Under the pieces are notes generated by a model. That model was not told the DNA's origin, searched no databases, and was given only the letters and a program-made list of their open reading frames with translations. Below, one piece after another: positions 40,580-52,885 of a stretch of 64,000 nt of DNA. Location of the stretch: NCBI GenBank assembly GCA_951406725.2, contig OX597821.1, forward strand, positions 62,372,001 to 62,436,000, given 5' to 3'. Origin of the DNA: Octopus vulgaris. Taxonomy: Eukaryota. Every line of letters starts with the position of its first letter. The stretch's first letter is position 1. Made by a program: the position numbers and the translations under genes.

Positions 40580-42036
40580 TAGGGGGCAAGGACACGGTCG
40601 AGGTATTTAGAGATGAGCTCCGTGGGGCAGTTACAGGCGGAGACGATGGGGCGGCCAGGGTTGTTGGGTTTGTGGATTTTGGGGAGGAAGTAAATGGTGG
40701 GGGTACGTGGGGTTCGCACAATTAGGTTGGATGCGGTGCGGGGGAGACGGGAGGACGAGATGAGGTCTTGGACAGTAGAGGATACCGTCTGTTGGTAGCT
40801 ACGTGTGGGGTTAGAGGGCAGAGGGGAATAGAAGGAGGTGTCATTGAGTTGGCGGAAAGCCTCGGCCCTATAGAGGTCCGCGCGCCACACCACTACATCT
40901 CCACCCTTGTCAGCCGGTTTGATGATAATGTCAGCGCGCCGTTGGAGGGAACGAAGAGCCAAGAGCTCAGCCGGGGAGATGTTGAGGCGGCGTTGGCGCC
41001 TGGAGAAGTTGAACCGCTCCAATGCACGCTGACAAGCGCCCGCGAAAAGATCCACTGCTAGGATCTGGCCAGGGGCAGGCGTCCACGGGGATGGTCGGCG
41101 GCCCAGGCCAGTGAAGCAGTCGTCCTCTTCGTTGGGTGTGGGTGGCGAGTCGTGGTAATGCGCACCCAACCGGACACGGCGCACAAAGCTGTGGACATCA
41201 ACTCGCGTCTGGAATTCCTTACAGGATGGAGTGAGGGGGATGAAACGCAGACCCCTACCAAGGACGGAGCGTTCAGCCGCAGAGAGGGGAAGATCGGGGG
41301 GAATGGTAACAACAGACGGAAGTGGAGAAGGGGTGGGTGGAATAGAAGTAGGAGGGGTGGTAGGTCTCGTGGAGGTCTGAGGGGGAGGGATTGGGGAGGT
41401 GTGTGGGGGGTGGTTGGGCGGGGCAGTAGGGTTAGGTGTAGGTGGATGGAGCCTAACGGGAGGGGAGAAGGGGTTGTAGGGAGGGGCAGTGGGGTTAGGT
41501 GTGGGTGGATGGAGCCTATCGGGAGGGGAGAAGGGTGGTGGAGGAGTTGGGGTAGTGGCGTCGGGTAGGGTGGAATGGAAGAGTGATTGGAGTTTACGAA
41601 GTTTGGTATCAGAAAGAAATTGATGGAAGAGTTGATTCAAATGGATAATGAAGCGTAGCGTGTTTGGAGCATAGAGAGGCGGCAGAGAGGAGAAGAAGGT
41701 GGAGAAAGCAGGAGGAAGAAGGCGGTTGATGGCTTGTAGTTTGGAGAGATTGGAGCGAATGGTGGCCCGCATAAGGCGGTAAGATGTGGTGCGGAGTATG
41801 GGTAGGATGGAAGAATCCGAGTGGAGAGCAGGGTGGAAGTGGAGGCGGAAACCTTTAGGGATGAGTCGGTGATGTAGGCAGCGGCTTAGGAAAGAGACAT
41901 GGCTAGAGAAGCGGGTTTTTTTAAAAAGAAGTAGAGAGAGATTAACGGACGGCTGAAGGCGATATACAGGAAGCGAACGTAGATGATCCTTCAAACGGTG
42001 ATTGAGGGTGAGGAGGTAGGACCTAGGATCCGGCAT
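40579..42036 (-). CDS. PLE polyprotein N-terminal part (ATG 42036), frameshifted into the RT part
   Basis: HVSFLSRCLHHRLIPKGF, Pro-rich linker with a 21-aa duplication, LSAAERSVLGRGLRFIP, IIIKPADKGG, YFLPKIHKPNNPGRPIVS. Confidence 0.92.
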   Translation of the reverse strand: MPDPRSYLLTLNHRLKDHLRSLPVYRLQPSVNLSLLLFKKTRFSSHVSFLSRCLHHRLIPKGFRLHFHPALHSDSSILPILRTTSYRLMRATIRSNLSKLQAINRLLPPAFSTFFSSLPPLYAPNTLRFIIHLNQLFHQFLSDTKLRKLQSLFHSTLPDATTPTPPPPFSPPDRLHPPTPNPTAPPYNPFSPPVRLHPPTPNPTAPPNHPPHTSPIPPPQTSTRPTTPPTSIPPTPSPLPSVVTIPPDLPLSAAERSVLGRGLRFIPLTPSCKEFQTRVDVHSFVRRVRLGAHYHDSPPTPNEEDDCFTGLGRRPSPWTPAPGQILAVDLFAGACQRALERFNFSRRQRRLNISPAELLALRSLQRRADIIIKPADKGGDVVVWRADLYRAEAFRQLNDTSFYSPLPSNPTRSYQQTVSSTVQDLISSSRLPRTASNLIVRTPRTPTIYFLPKIHKPNNPGRPIVSACNCPTELISKYLDRVLAP

Positions 42037-42660
42037 GATGGGATAGCGGAAAAAAACGTTCGAAAAAACAAAAAAAAAACCAAAAAACAAAAATTATCGT
42101 ATGAAAAAAATAGAAAAAAAGGGGAAAAAACAAACGTTCAAAAAAAACAAAAAAAAATAAAAAAATAAAAAAAATAATAATCGTATGAAAAAACTAGATA
42201 AGTAAGCGATAGGGGCAGAAAAGACGGGGCAAACGGAAAAGGGAAAGAAAGAAGGGAAGCAGAGAGAGGGGGAGGCAAAAAAAAGGGGGTGCAGGCAGAG
42301 GAAACGGAGTATGGACATCCAGAGAGGGAAGAAAGACGGAAAGGAGAACAAAAATTCAGGAAAATGTGGAAAGCATGAAATGAATGTAAAAAAAGTGGTA
42401 ATATAAGAGAAAATAAAAATACAACAAACGGGACAGTTTATGCGAACAAGTTCAAGGTTGAAAGTTCAAGGTGAGAAATGTGTAGACGTCGTGGTATATT
42501 TTTTAAGGATTTCACATCAATGCAAAGTCACTTTGATCCGCGAAAGAGAGGTGCAGCCGATGGTAAGTATCCAAGAGGTAAAGAAAATCCAAGGTAGAGG
42601 TAAGTGTTGATAGTGGTATTGGTAGAATATAGGATGAAAGTGAGACCACGTGAGCGCATA

Positions 42661-43637
42661 ATATATAACGGGAAGCTTTATGAAAATAAACAAAAGACGA
42701 AGGCAGGTGGAAAACAAACGAACAATTGTATTAGTATGGCGCTCAGGAAATATAAATAAAACAAGTCTTTAACGTTTCGAGCCTACGCTCTTCAACAGAA
42801 AGATACACAGAGAGAGAAAAACACAGAAAGAAGGAGAGAAAAAAATGCGTGCAGTAGCTAACGAATCAACATGGCGATCTGATTTCGGCCAGAGGTCAAA
42901 GATCAAACATGAGACGCGAGAGCGAAATAAGGGGAGATAATAGGGTTGAGGGACCAGCTAAAAGTGCGTGGGAGGGGTCTGGATGTGTATGTATAGGGTT
43001 GGTGTATGTATTAGTATGTATAAGGGTGTGTGTGTGTGTGTGTGTGTGTATGAGAGAGTATCAGTGCGTGGGATTGGTCTGGACGTGCGTATGTATGGGG
43101 TTGGTGTATGTATTAGTATGTATTAGTATGTATTAGTACGTATTGGTATGTATAGGTGTGTGTGTGTGTGTGTGAGAGAGTATAAGTGCGTATGCGGGGT
43201 CTGGACGTGTGTATGTATAGGGTTGGTGTAAGTATTAGTATGTACTAGTATGTATTAGTACGTATTAGTATGTATTAGTTGGTGTGTGTATTAGTATGGC
43301 ACATCATATGTGATGTGATGTGTAAAGTCATGTGGTGTAGTGAGGAGAAGAGGGGGAGGGGAGAAGAGGGGGAGAAGGGGAGGGGAAGAAGAGGGGGAGG
43401 GGAGGGTGAAGAGGAGAGGATGGGGAGAAGGAAGGGGAGGAGAGGGATGAAGGAGGAAAGAGGGAGAAGGGGAGAGAGGGAGTGAGGGAGCAGAGGGAAG
43501 GGGAAGAGGGAGGGAGAAAGAGGGAAGAAGGGAAGGGGAGTAGGGGTGAAAGGATGAAGGACTGAAGAAGTGGGGGTCGGGGGGAGAAAGGATAGGTGAG
43601 GAGGGGGAGAGGGGGGTTAGATGAGGAGGGGGGGAGA
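42661..43637 (-). repeat. 5' pseudo-LTR (truncated upstream tandem copy)
   Basis: Begins immediately after the GLN motif of the endonuclease and abuts (TA)n. Confidence 0.95.
42766..42803 (-). ncRNA. Minimal type I hammerhead ribozyme (second copy)
   Basis: Identical to 38278-38315. Confidence 0.8.
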
Positions 43638-43659
43638 ATATATATATATATATATATAT

Positions 43660-43820
43660 ACGACGGGTTTCTTTCAGTTTCTGTGTACTAAATCCACTCA
43701 CAGGATTTAGTCGGCCCAAGGCTATAGAAGAATCATCACTTGCCGAAGTTGCCAGGCACTGGTACTGAACCCATAACCATGTGGTTGGGAAGCAAGCTTC
43801 TTACCACACAGCCACGCTTC
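43660..43820 (-). mobile_element. 5' half of SINE family A split by the PLE
   Basis: GTGGCTGTGTGGTAAGAAGCTTGC head through AAACTGAAAGAAACCCGTCG then (TA)n. Confidence 0.85.
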
Positions 43821-44103
43821 TGCTTTATATATAAACAGAAAATTATTATCTCTAAATCTCTGAATGAGAAACATTCAGTAACAGTACTCTAGAGTAAAGA
43901 TTAATTGCCAACATATGTGGCAGTTCTGGTTAGGGCGAATGTTATTGTTATTTAGTCGCAGGAAACATCGTCTCCAGCTCGCTACACGACACATTTTCTG
44001 CGTCCTTATATTTTCGAACAAAGAAGTTTACCGTAAATAACTGTAACAATCGTCCTAACCAGGACTGCCACATTAATTTGGCAAATAATCTTCTCTCTCT
44101 CTC

Positions 44104-44198
<95 letters not shown>

Positions 44199-45503
44199 CG
44201 AGATGGTAGATAGATAGATATTCACGTGCATTCATTCCTATAAAATCTCATAAAACTACATCATACATTAGCATTATATGACCACATTCACTCACATAAA
44301 AAAAGTTACAGATTATTTCAAACAAGTTGCTATCGATGCATTCCGTAGCAGATTGTGTAGAGCTGATTAAAATCATTTTAAATAGTCAACCAAGTAAACA
44401 ATGTTTGTAGATTCTCCGAAATATATCATTATCTGTCTATCTATTTGAGTGGAAAAGAAAACGTTTGCTTGGAAAGTATTTTAGAGCATTATATATTGGC
44501 ATTGAAACACTTGAATACTTGATATGTAATGCGATTTAATCCAAAGCTAATAAATTGTGTCTAGAAACTATTTTAATGTACAGGTAGAAAGATAACAAAA
44601 TGTATAAAATCAGTCGAATTTCTTTTTAAAGATCGTTAAAATAGAATTGAGGTTATAAAACACAAGTGTGCGTCTACTACTAAAGTTATAGTTAATTATC
44701 CCGTTGAGTAGCATAAGTGTATTTGGTAATTAGAAGTGATGATCCGCAAAAATAGTAACATCGTAAACTCTATAGTTTTCTTTTTTTCCCCTTTGGCAAA
44801 AAAAAAATCGATGTAACAGTATATATGTATAGCCATTCGGCTCTTTGTTTTCGCTATTACTGCTAAGTTTATGTTGGAACAATGTCTTCATCAGATAAGA
44901 AACCAATTGTACTTATACTATATTAAAGAAGTAACTTTTGGTCATGTGTTATACTTTACACAAGGAAGAATTGCTTTCTTGTATATGTTTCATATTTCGC
45001 CTAAAAGTGATAATAGATCATCAGAGGCTAGTTGGCAGTTGTTATAGATATAAGAGATTAATTCTTTCTTCCTTTATATTATTATAAATAACATATCTAA
45101 ACCTATATATAGTATTTACATATATTATGTTTGAGAATATATGAAATGTATAACATTACAAATATAAATGTACTTTTAATGCAATAACTCATGCGAGTGT
45201 TATATCCTTTTGTTTACTGGGCAAAATGTTTTTAATTATGCATGTGTTCCTAGGTAATTATTATTCATTTCCTTTGGGGGTTGTGACTCACACTAGCGAT
45301 TGAATTCCTGGATATTTATATTTGTAGCTTTCGTTTACATCTGACAATGCTTTTTAATAATAAACATCTAATAAATTGTCACCGAGCACAAAACCCATTC
45401 TTATTACTGATGAAGTCTTACCTTCATAAAATGTTAGGTGTCAACACCAATATTGCAAGACCTAAAATGATAAATAAGCAATACACACATACACACACAC
45501 ACA

Positions 45504-45587
<84 letters not shown>

Positions 45588-45588
<1 letters not shown>

Positions 45589-45916
45589 TCAGATGAATAT
45601 GGTACTTAAGTTGACCCTCCAGAATTTAGTATGGTATTATCCATACAATTTCGAGGTGATTAAAATCAGAAGAGAAAAAACAAGAAGGATGTCCAGAGGT
45701 AATGCAGTACGATCGTTTCATGTGACTCCATTTAATTGAACAATGAAATCATTTAATGTTTACATTGTTCAATTAAATGGAGTCGCATGAAACGTACTGC
45801 ATTACCTCTGGATATCCTTGCTGCTTATATGGATTTTAATCACCTTATTTTGAAATTGTATGGATAATACCATACTAAATTCTGGAGCCTCAACTTAAGT
45901 AACATATTCATCTGAA
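45588..45916. repeat. ~330-bp fold-back between microsatellites
   Basis: Diverged inverted arms 45588-45745 / 45763-45916 with a 17-nt centre. Confidence 0.9.
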
Positions 45917-46020
<104 letters not shown>

Positions 46021-46399
46021 GTGGATATTTTCATAGTCTTTGAATAGGTAAATATTTCCAGAGATTTCAGACAGTCTGCCTTTCTCTGACTCACTCTAGT
46101 CCTTTGTGAATGCCTTGTAGGTAGGTAGGTAGGTAGGGAGAAAGAAGAAGAAGAAGAAGAAGAAGAAAAAAGAAGAAGGAGAAGAAGAAGAATGAGAGGA
46201 AGAAGAAGAAGGAGGAGAAGAAGAAGAAGAAGGAGGAGAAGAAGAAGAAGAAGAAGAAGAAGAAGAAGAAGAAGAAGAAGAAGAAGAAGAAGAAGATATT
46301 GGTCAAACTAAAACCAGTTTACGTCAGAGGATGACGGTACATAGATCCCAGATTAAAATACGAGAATACAGTAAAAATGGAATTAAGTGACCACATCAA

Positions 46400-48340
46400 T
46401 ATTTGCGTCACTTACGAACAACCCAACTTCAGATTTTTTTCCCCACTATAAATTGAGGTGCAGCGCATCAGCAAAGAAGCATACTTTATCACAAAATATA
46501 AACCTCTTTTGAAAATCCGATATCACTAATGGAACTACAACAAGACTTTAGAAACTTTCCTTCAACCAAGCTATTGCAGTACGTTGTTCGCATCTTCGCT
46601 GAGATTGTAAAATCTTTGGAACAGTGCAGTAACATCCTTTTCTCTATTACTCTCTATACCAAAGCTTGGTGCCAAATATTCTGGTATCTTCCATAGGTGT
46701 ATGACTGCACCAAACAGTTGAGTCGTAATTCTTTCAGTGTGTTCTAGTATCAAATGTTGCTATGATGCAGTTTTCTTGGTGTTGTATCGCTGAACTGTCT
46801 CGAGTTCCGCTATTAACATGACGCTGTTGGATCATGATGTTTAAGAGCAGTAGTTAAAACGACTGAGAACAAATGTCTTCCATAAGAACAGCCTATTTCC
46901 TGGTAATTTTTTCAGAAAGTTTTCGGAATCCATCTGGTCATTACTGTGTGAATAACCACATATTGGTGATATGTACACTAAACGAAGCATCCAAGCTTAT
47001 ATTAATTTCCATGTGACGCGCCATGTTTGACTCTGGTACTGCCGCTCATTTTAGTCTGAAGAATCTTTGTTGCAACGCGTTAGCACACGCTGCCTGATAG
47101 CGGAAGGCTTGGGATTTTCCTACCTTTCACTGCATTTTCCTTTCTTCACTCCATTTGCATTTTGCATCGCGATTTTTCTGCAGAAGATTAGCATTGAAGA
47201 GATTCTGAGGTGCTTCATCTACTTTTGTATCCTCAGCATAGCTAGTAAGAGCCTCTCAACTTGTAAATGATGGCATGTTCAAGAGAGCCACCACAAACAG
47301 CAGTGGTCCCTAGGCAAGTACAGCATTCACTATTAATCTCTCCTTGGAGAGGGGCACCTTCTTTTCTACAACTTGGCTTCTAGTTTTTAAGTAATCTTGT
47401 AACCACTCACCCAGTTTTCGGACTATATCGGGTTCTTTTACCTTGTGCCATATCATCTCGTGATCAACCTTACCAAAGACCTTTGTGATATCTCACAGCT
47501 ACGTTTGAGTGATTTATAAGTTGTTCCAACACTGAATCATATTACTACAGAAGCTGTATGAAGCAGCGTTCTTCTGAGCGGAAGCCATGTTTGGAATCAA
47601 AGAGCAATCGATTACCATCTAGGAATGTGATCAGCTTCCTCCTGATAATTCCTTTCATGATTTTCGTGACATGTAATATTAAAGAGACTGGGCTATAAAT
47701 TTTCGGAATTCGTTCTGCATTCTTCTTTATCGATGGAATATATTAAACCCTCGTTTCACATTTTGGGAAGTGCGTCACTTGCAAGGGCGATCTGGATAAA
47801 GAATCTGCAGTAGTCTAGCTCAGGTCCTTTTTGCATTTTTGTTTTAAGGATTACTGAGAATCCAACAGGACCATTAGGTAAGATTAAGGTAATTTCATCA
47901 ATGACTGATATTAATTCAGTTGTCTTTATTTCTTTGTAATCGCTTATTACGTTGTCTGTAATGAAGTCTTCTAGCATATTTATTCGTATGTGTTTCAACA
48001 AGGATCTGTAAATATTTATGCATTACATATTCATTACTTCACTTATCAATTGATGGGGCGGGTGTGCTCAGTTAACCATATTCTTTGAACAGTGGTCATA
48101 ACTGGTACCGGGTGAGCAGACTATTTTGCAAATCTATAGAAAGTTTGCGTCTTTGATTTTCCAATTTTGACAACCCTGGCTTCTTCTACTGCCGCCTTAC
48201 TATGGGAATGATTCGTTGAGATAAGATACTTCTCTATACTTTAGTGACCCATTTTTAAGATATTTGCTCATCGCCTCATTCAAATTTTTCTATCCCAGGG
48301 AATTATGATTTTCTATAAACTTGACTTTCTCTCGGTAACA
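46400..48340 (-). pseudogene. Decayed CR1/L2-like LINE RT
   Basis: Remnants YSPVSLILHVTKIMKGI, KHGFRS and DITKVFGKVDHE in correct order. Confidence 0.75.
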
Positions 48341-48759
48341 AACTTCCTATATAATCTTGTATGATTTTCATAAAATGTAATTTTGTCATTATGCTTCGTA
48401 AAGAACCAAGGACACAACTTTTGATCCCGACCTTCTTCTATTTGCGCACGCGCCTGTGTGTGCCTGTGCGTAACTGTGTGTGTGTGTGCGCTCGCGTGCG
48501 AACGTGAGTATTCGACGACCAGAAAAATACTTGTGCCGACAAATTGGTTTTTCTCTCACATTCACTTGAAAATAATTGGAATTATATAGAGATACAGTCA
48601 TCTGAAAGTGCCTAAATATATATAGATATATGTATATGTGTGTGTGTGCTATGTGTCAGTGTATATGCCTGTGTGTATGTGTATTTATATATACACATGC
48701 ATACATGCCTTCTAAACACACACACACACACACACATATATATACATACATAAACATAC

Positions 48760-48795
<36 letters not shown>

Positions 48796-48825
48796 TTCTT
48801 CTAATATATACATATATATATACAT

Positions 48826-48895
<70 letters not shown>

Positions 48896-49682
48896 ATATA
48901 TATTGATATTTTAATTCTGCAAAACTATATGCATGCATTGAACGTAGACACATATTCTAATAATGTGGGTTAGTCTACTACATCAGCATAAATAATCTCA
49001 TGCTGTAACATTTTCAACGAATACGAAATAATGCTTATTTAGTTTAACAAAATATTTCCTAAGTAGGAATTTTTGTCTCTATCACCCGACTGCATTAATG
49101 TAGTTTATCAACCGTTATCTTTATAGCCTCGTTACTCCATTAATCTATGACGAATATCTCATATTTCTTTCATCTTTGTTTATGGTTACGCGTTTGTTCA
49201 AATACGATATGATGGTCACAAATAATTATGGTATGACAAGTGCAATAAATACTTGGTCTCTCTCCTCATACCAACATGCATATATGTATATATATATGTA
49301 GATGTATTAAATAAAGTAAGTAATGTGTATGTATATATATATGTGTGTGCGTGTGTGTGTTTGTGTGTGCTTGTGTGTATGTATGTATATGTTTATATGT
49401 TTGTTTAAATGTAGGAATGCAGACACTTGCTAACGCGCATTTAGTATGTTATTTATTATTAAAGTCTAACATTTAGAATATAAATAGATAGATAGATACA
49501 TACATACATGTGTGTGTGATGTGTATATATGTATGTGTATATATGAATGCACGTGTGCACACATTCGTGTTCGTGTGCGTGTATGTAAGTGTTTGTGTGC
49601 CTGTCTATCCATCTATTTAAATCTACATACACACACACACTCATTTATATATGTGTGAGTGTGTGTGTGTGTGTGTGAGTCA

Positions 49683-50052
49683 AGGCGTAATGGCCCAGTG
49701 GTTAGGGCAGCGGACTCGCGGTCATAGGATCGCGGTTTCGATTCCCACACCGGGCGTTGTGAGTGTTTATTGAGCGAAAACATCTAAATCTCCAGGTTGC
49801 TCCGGCTAAACCTGCTCTACTCTTTCACCACTCTCTCTCACTTTCTCTCACTTTTTCTTCCTGTTTCTACTGTACCTGTATTTCAAAAGGCCAACCTTGT
49901 CACAATCTTTGTCACACCGAATCTCCCCGAGAACTACTTTAAGGGTACATGTGTCTCTGGAGTGCTCATCAACTTGCATGTTAATTTCACGAGCGGTCTT
50001 CTTCCGTTGATCGTATCAACTGGAACCTTCGTCGTCGTAACCGACGGAGTGC
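49683..50052 (+). mobile_element. SINE family C
   Basis: GGCGTAATGGCCCAGTGGTTAGGGCAGCGGACTCGCGG..GGTTTCGATTCCC. Confidence 0.85.
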
Positions 50053-50058
50053 CATATA

Positions 50059-50355
50059 TATTGGGTTGGCAAATATATATCCCGCGGTTCTTTTAAGTTT
50101 GGGAATTTATTGCGATTTTAAATTTTGGAATCTATTTTTTTCTAGAATTCTGTTTTTGAAACATTTTGGAATCTTTATTTTTTCTAGTTAATTTTAGATA
50201 ATTTTTGTTAATTTTCAGATCATTAAAATGGAATGTCAAGTTAAGTAAAACGAGCATTTTCGACATCTCATTTTTGCTTTTAATCAAAGTTTTAAGGCCG
50301 CAAAAGCCGCTCGCGACATTTGTGCTGTGTATGGAGAGGGTGCCATAGCTGAAAT
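50059..50355 (+). mobile_element. Mariner 5' fragment
   Basis: TA-TTGGGTTGGCAAATA terminus; ATG 50228: MECQVK*NEHFRHLIFAFNQSFKAAKAARDICAVYGEGAIAE (mariner N-terminal HTH). Confidence 0.85.
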
Positions 50356-51536
50356 TTTTCAAATATATTATTGTCGATATACACTGCTCTTTTTTAACTT
50401 CATAGATTCATAGACTGAAGAGGTGTCAGTTAAAGAAAATGTTGCTATTAAGATTGGAATTGTTCGCATGTTTCCCCATTTATTATTGGGAAGAAACAAA
50501 ATGTAACCACGTTTCATTAGTGTGTCGTATGGTTCAAGAGCAATACTTACCAATGAATGTCAATTGCACGTGAAAGTATATGGCTGGTGGTTTGTTGTTA
50601 CAAAGGCATGAAATATATTCTCACCTCGACGCAACAGAACCCATGATCGTACAATTTGCTAGAAGTATGCTAACTCTTCCAGTTTGCTCAATCAAGAAAT
50701 AAAGGAACCGTTTGTGTGAAATGTTGACCTATAATGTTGCTGAACATTAATCTAATAAATTTGATTGCAGGGAGCTGAATAAGTAGTTGCAGTTTTCTGT
50801 GTATTTAATGTTAGAATATTTATGGAAGTGTAAGAGGGCCTTAGAATTCCTTTTGCTAAAACTTATTATGGATGAGTAATGTTGTTTGATTTGATTTTCC
50901 AAATTGCATATTTATAGGGTTCTAGGGTTAGTTGTAACCTGCATTATCTGAAAAAATTATTTCCATCTGCTTCATGGTATGTCTATGATTTATCCCAAAT
51001 GCAGGCTTTCATTAACCTACGTAGCATTTTTCCCATTAAGCATCATAAACATTTCCAAAATTATCAAATAGCTATTGCTGAATAAATTAATATTATTTGA
51101 TTTTTTTCTTAACGCACGTTGCCTATAAGAAACAGAAAATTTGGTTTACACAGAATATTCTAAATCTGGAATATAACTGAGCTGAAAGCAACAAGTAAAT
51201 GGTTTGATAAGATTGGTTTAAATCTATTTACAGAAGTTGTGTTTAATGTCTTTAGCCCATATCGATTAGGAACTAACAATCATACTACGAACGAAAAGCA
51301 TTTCGATATTGATAGGATTATCTTTGTAGGGAACATGTTTTTATATATTTTAACATTAAAATATTTTAGAGCGTTGGGTTTGGTTATGTATCTTTATTTA
51401 CTAGAAATCATAAGGTGGTGGTTCGCCATTCATAGGTGATGGAAATGATAGCGTAACTTTAGGTTTAGCTAAGACAATAAAGGGTGGCTTGTATAATATA
51501 TAAATATAAATATATATATATACATACATACATATA

Positions 51537-51645
<109 letters not shown>

Positions 51646-52556
51646 ATATGTATGCATATACACATGAAAATATTTTTCATGGCAGTTATGTAGATATATA
51701 AAACGCGTATAGATTTAAAAAATCTCCAGTTAGTCAATTGTTACAAGACACTCAATACATCTTACTATGCAGAATATATTCATTACTTAATTATTTACTA
51801 TATAGGCTAGCTCCTCTGCTCTGTTTAACTTTCGAAACTAAATCTGGGGCAAAAATTCTGAAAGTCTATTATTATTTAGATTGCTTTATATGCGCTGCTC
51901 GCATGAAGAAATCAACTAAAAAGCTGAAATTACATTAAAAGATTAGAAAATCTAATTAACAAATGAGCAAAAAATATCCATGACATACTTCGACACCTTA
52001 CAGAATATTCATAAATGAATAAAAATATGCAAACTCATGTATGCATGTGTTGTATGCTCTGGCATAACGATAGGGAATGGTTATACAAAAATAAATAAAT
52101 ATAGTTATAAAGGAAAATAGACAAAGGTTATGAAGAGTAAGGGAACAGGAAACTATTAAAACAAACAAAAAAAGGCATAAAATATTACCATGAGATGGAA
52201 GCAAAAAATAGTTAACATACTAAAAGATGTGATGCTTACGTCTGTCTTTTATTGCTTGTATATGTGTGTATGTATGTGCGTGTGGGTGTATATATAGGAT
52301 GTACAAGAATATTAATGATTTCCTGAATCATTCCCCAAAGCACGTAGTAAGATCATTTTTTACGACCATTTAGATGTCATTCAGTGTGTTGTATGTCGGT
52401 GTCGCATAGTCTGAACGGTACACACACATACACACACACACACACATACATATACGTACGGACACAGGCGCACATACATACATACAGACACACGCAAGAA
52501 TAAATACATACATACAGACACAAACTCTTACTTATATATATATATATATTTATATG

Positions 52557-52775
52557 TAGTTAATTGAAACTTGAACAAAGAGAAAACACAACAACGCGAG
52601 GATGTGGAACAAGTATAGTGTTATTGGACGCCCAGGAAAGAAAAGAAAGAAGGAGGATTTAAGGTTTCGAGCGGAGATCTTCGTCAGAAATATAAAAAAA
52701 GGAAAAGTCCAAGGAAGGGAAGACGGAGAAAGAAAATATCCAACGATACACCCGCGGTCACATATTGAAACGAAA
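52557..52775 (-). mobile_element. ~210-bp HHR-bearing element (decayed copy)
   Basis: Homologous end to end with 63005-63210; HHR at 52657-52691 AUUU-CUGACGA-A-GAUC ucc GCUC-GAAACCUU-AAAU; TA repeats on both sides. Confidence 0.8.
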
Positions 52776-52885
52776 TATATATATATTAATAAATCTTGGG
52801 GTAGCGAAAAATTATAGAAAAATTCTTTGCTACCAGTGGTCTAGCGAGAAGGAAAAAATTACTCAATAGGCTATATATTATTCAT

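Larger units (their letters stand above)
38173..43637 (-). mobile_element. Young Penelope-like retroelement (Neptune-type) with direct pseudo-LTRs
   Basis: RT followed by GIY-YIG, Cys-rich linker CSRPRCRTC, ~976-bp direct repeats, HHR in each, inserted in (TA)n, no TG..CA ends, PBS or integrase. Confidence 0.95.

Noticed and set aside
40579-40581. Stop-codon readthrough or selenocysteine recoding
   Set aside because: The downstream RT is in a different frame and the codon is TAG, so readthrough cannot join the ORFs
39317-41568. Plus-strand ORFs overlapping the PLE
   Set aside because: Antisense shadows of a GC-rich, strongly skewed coding strand
38173-43637. LTR retrotransposon
   Set aside because: No TG..CA ends, PBS, protease, RNase H or integrase; RT with DKG motif plus GIY-YIG is diagnostic of PLEs
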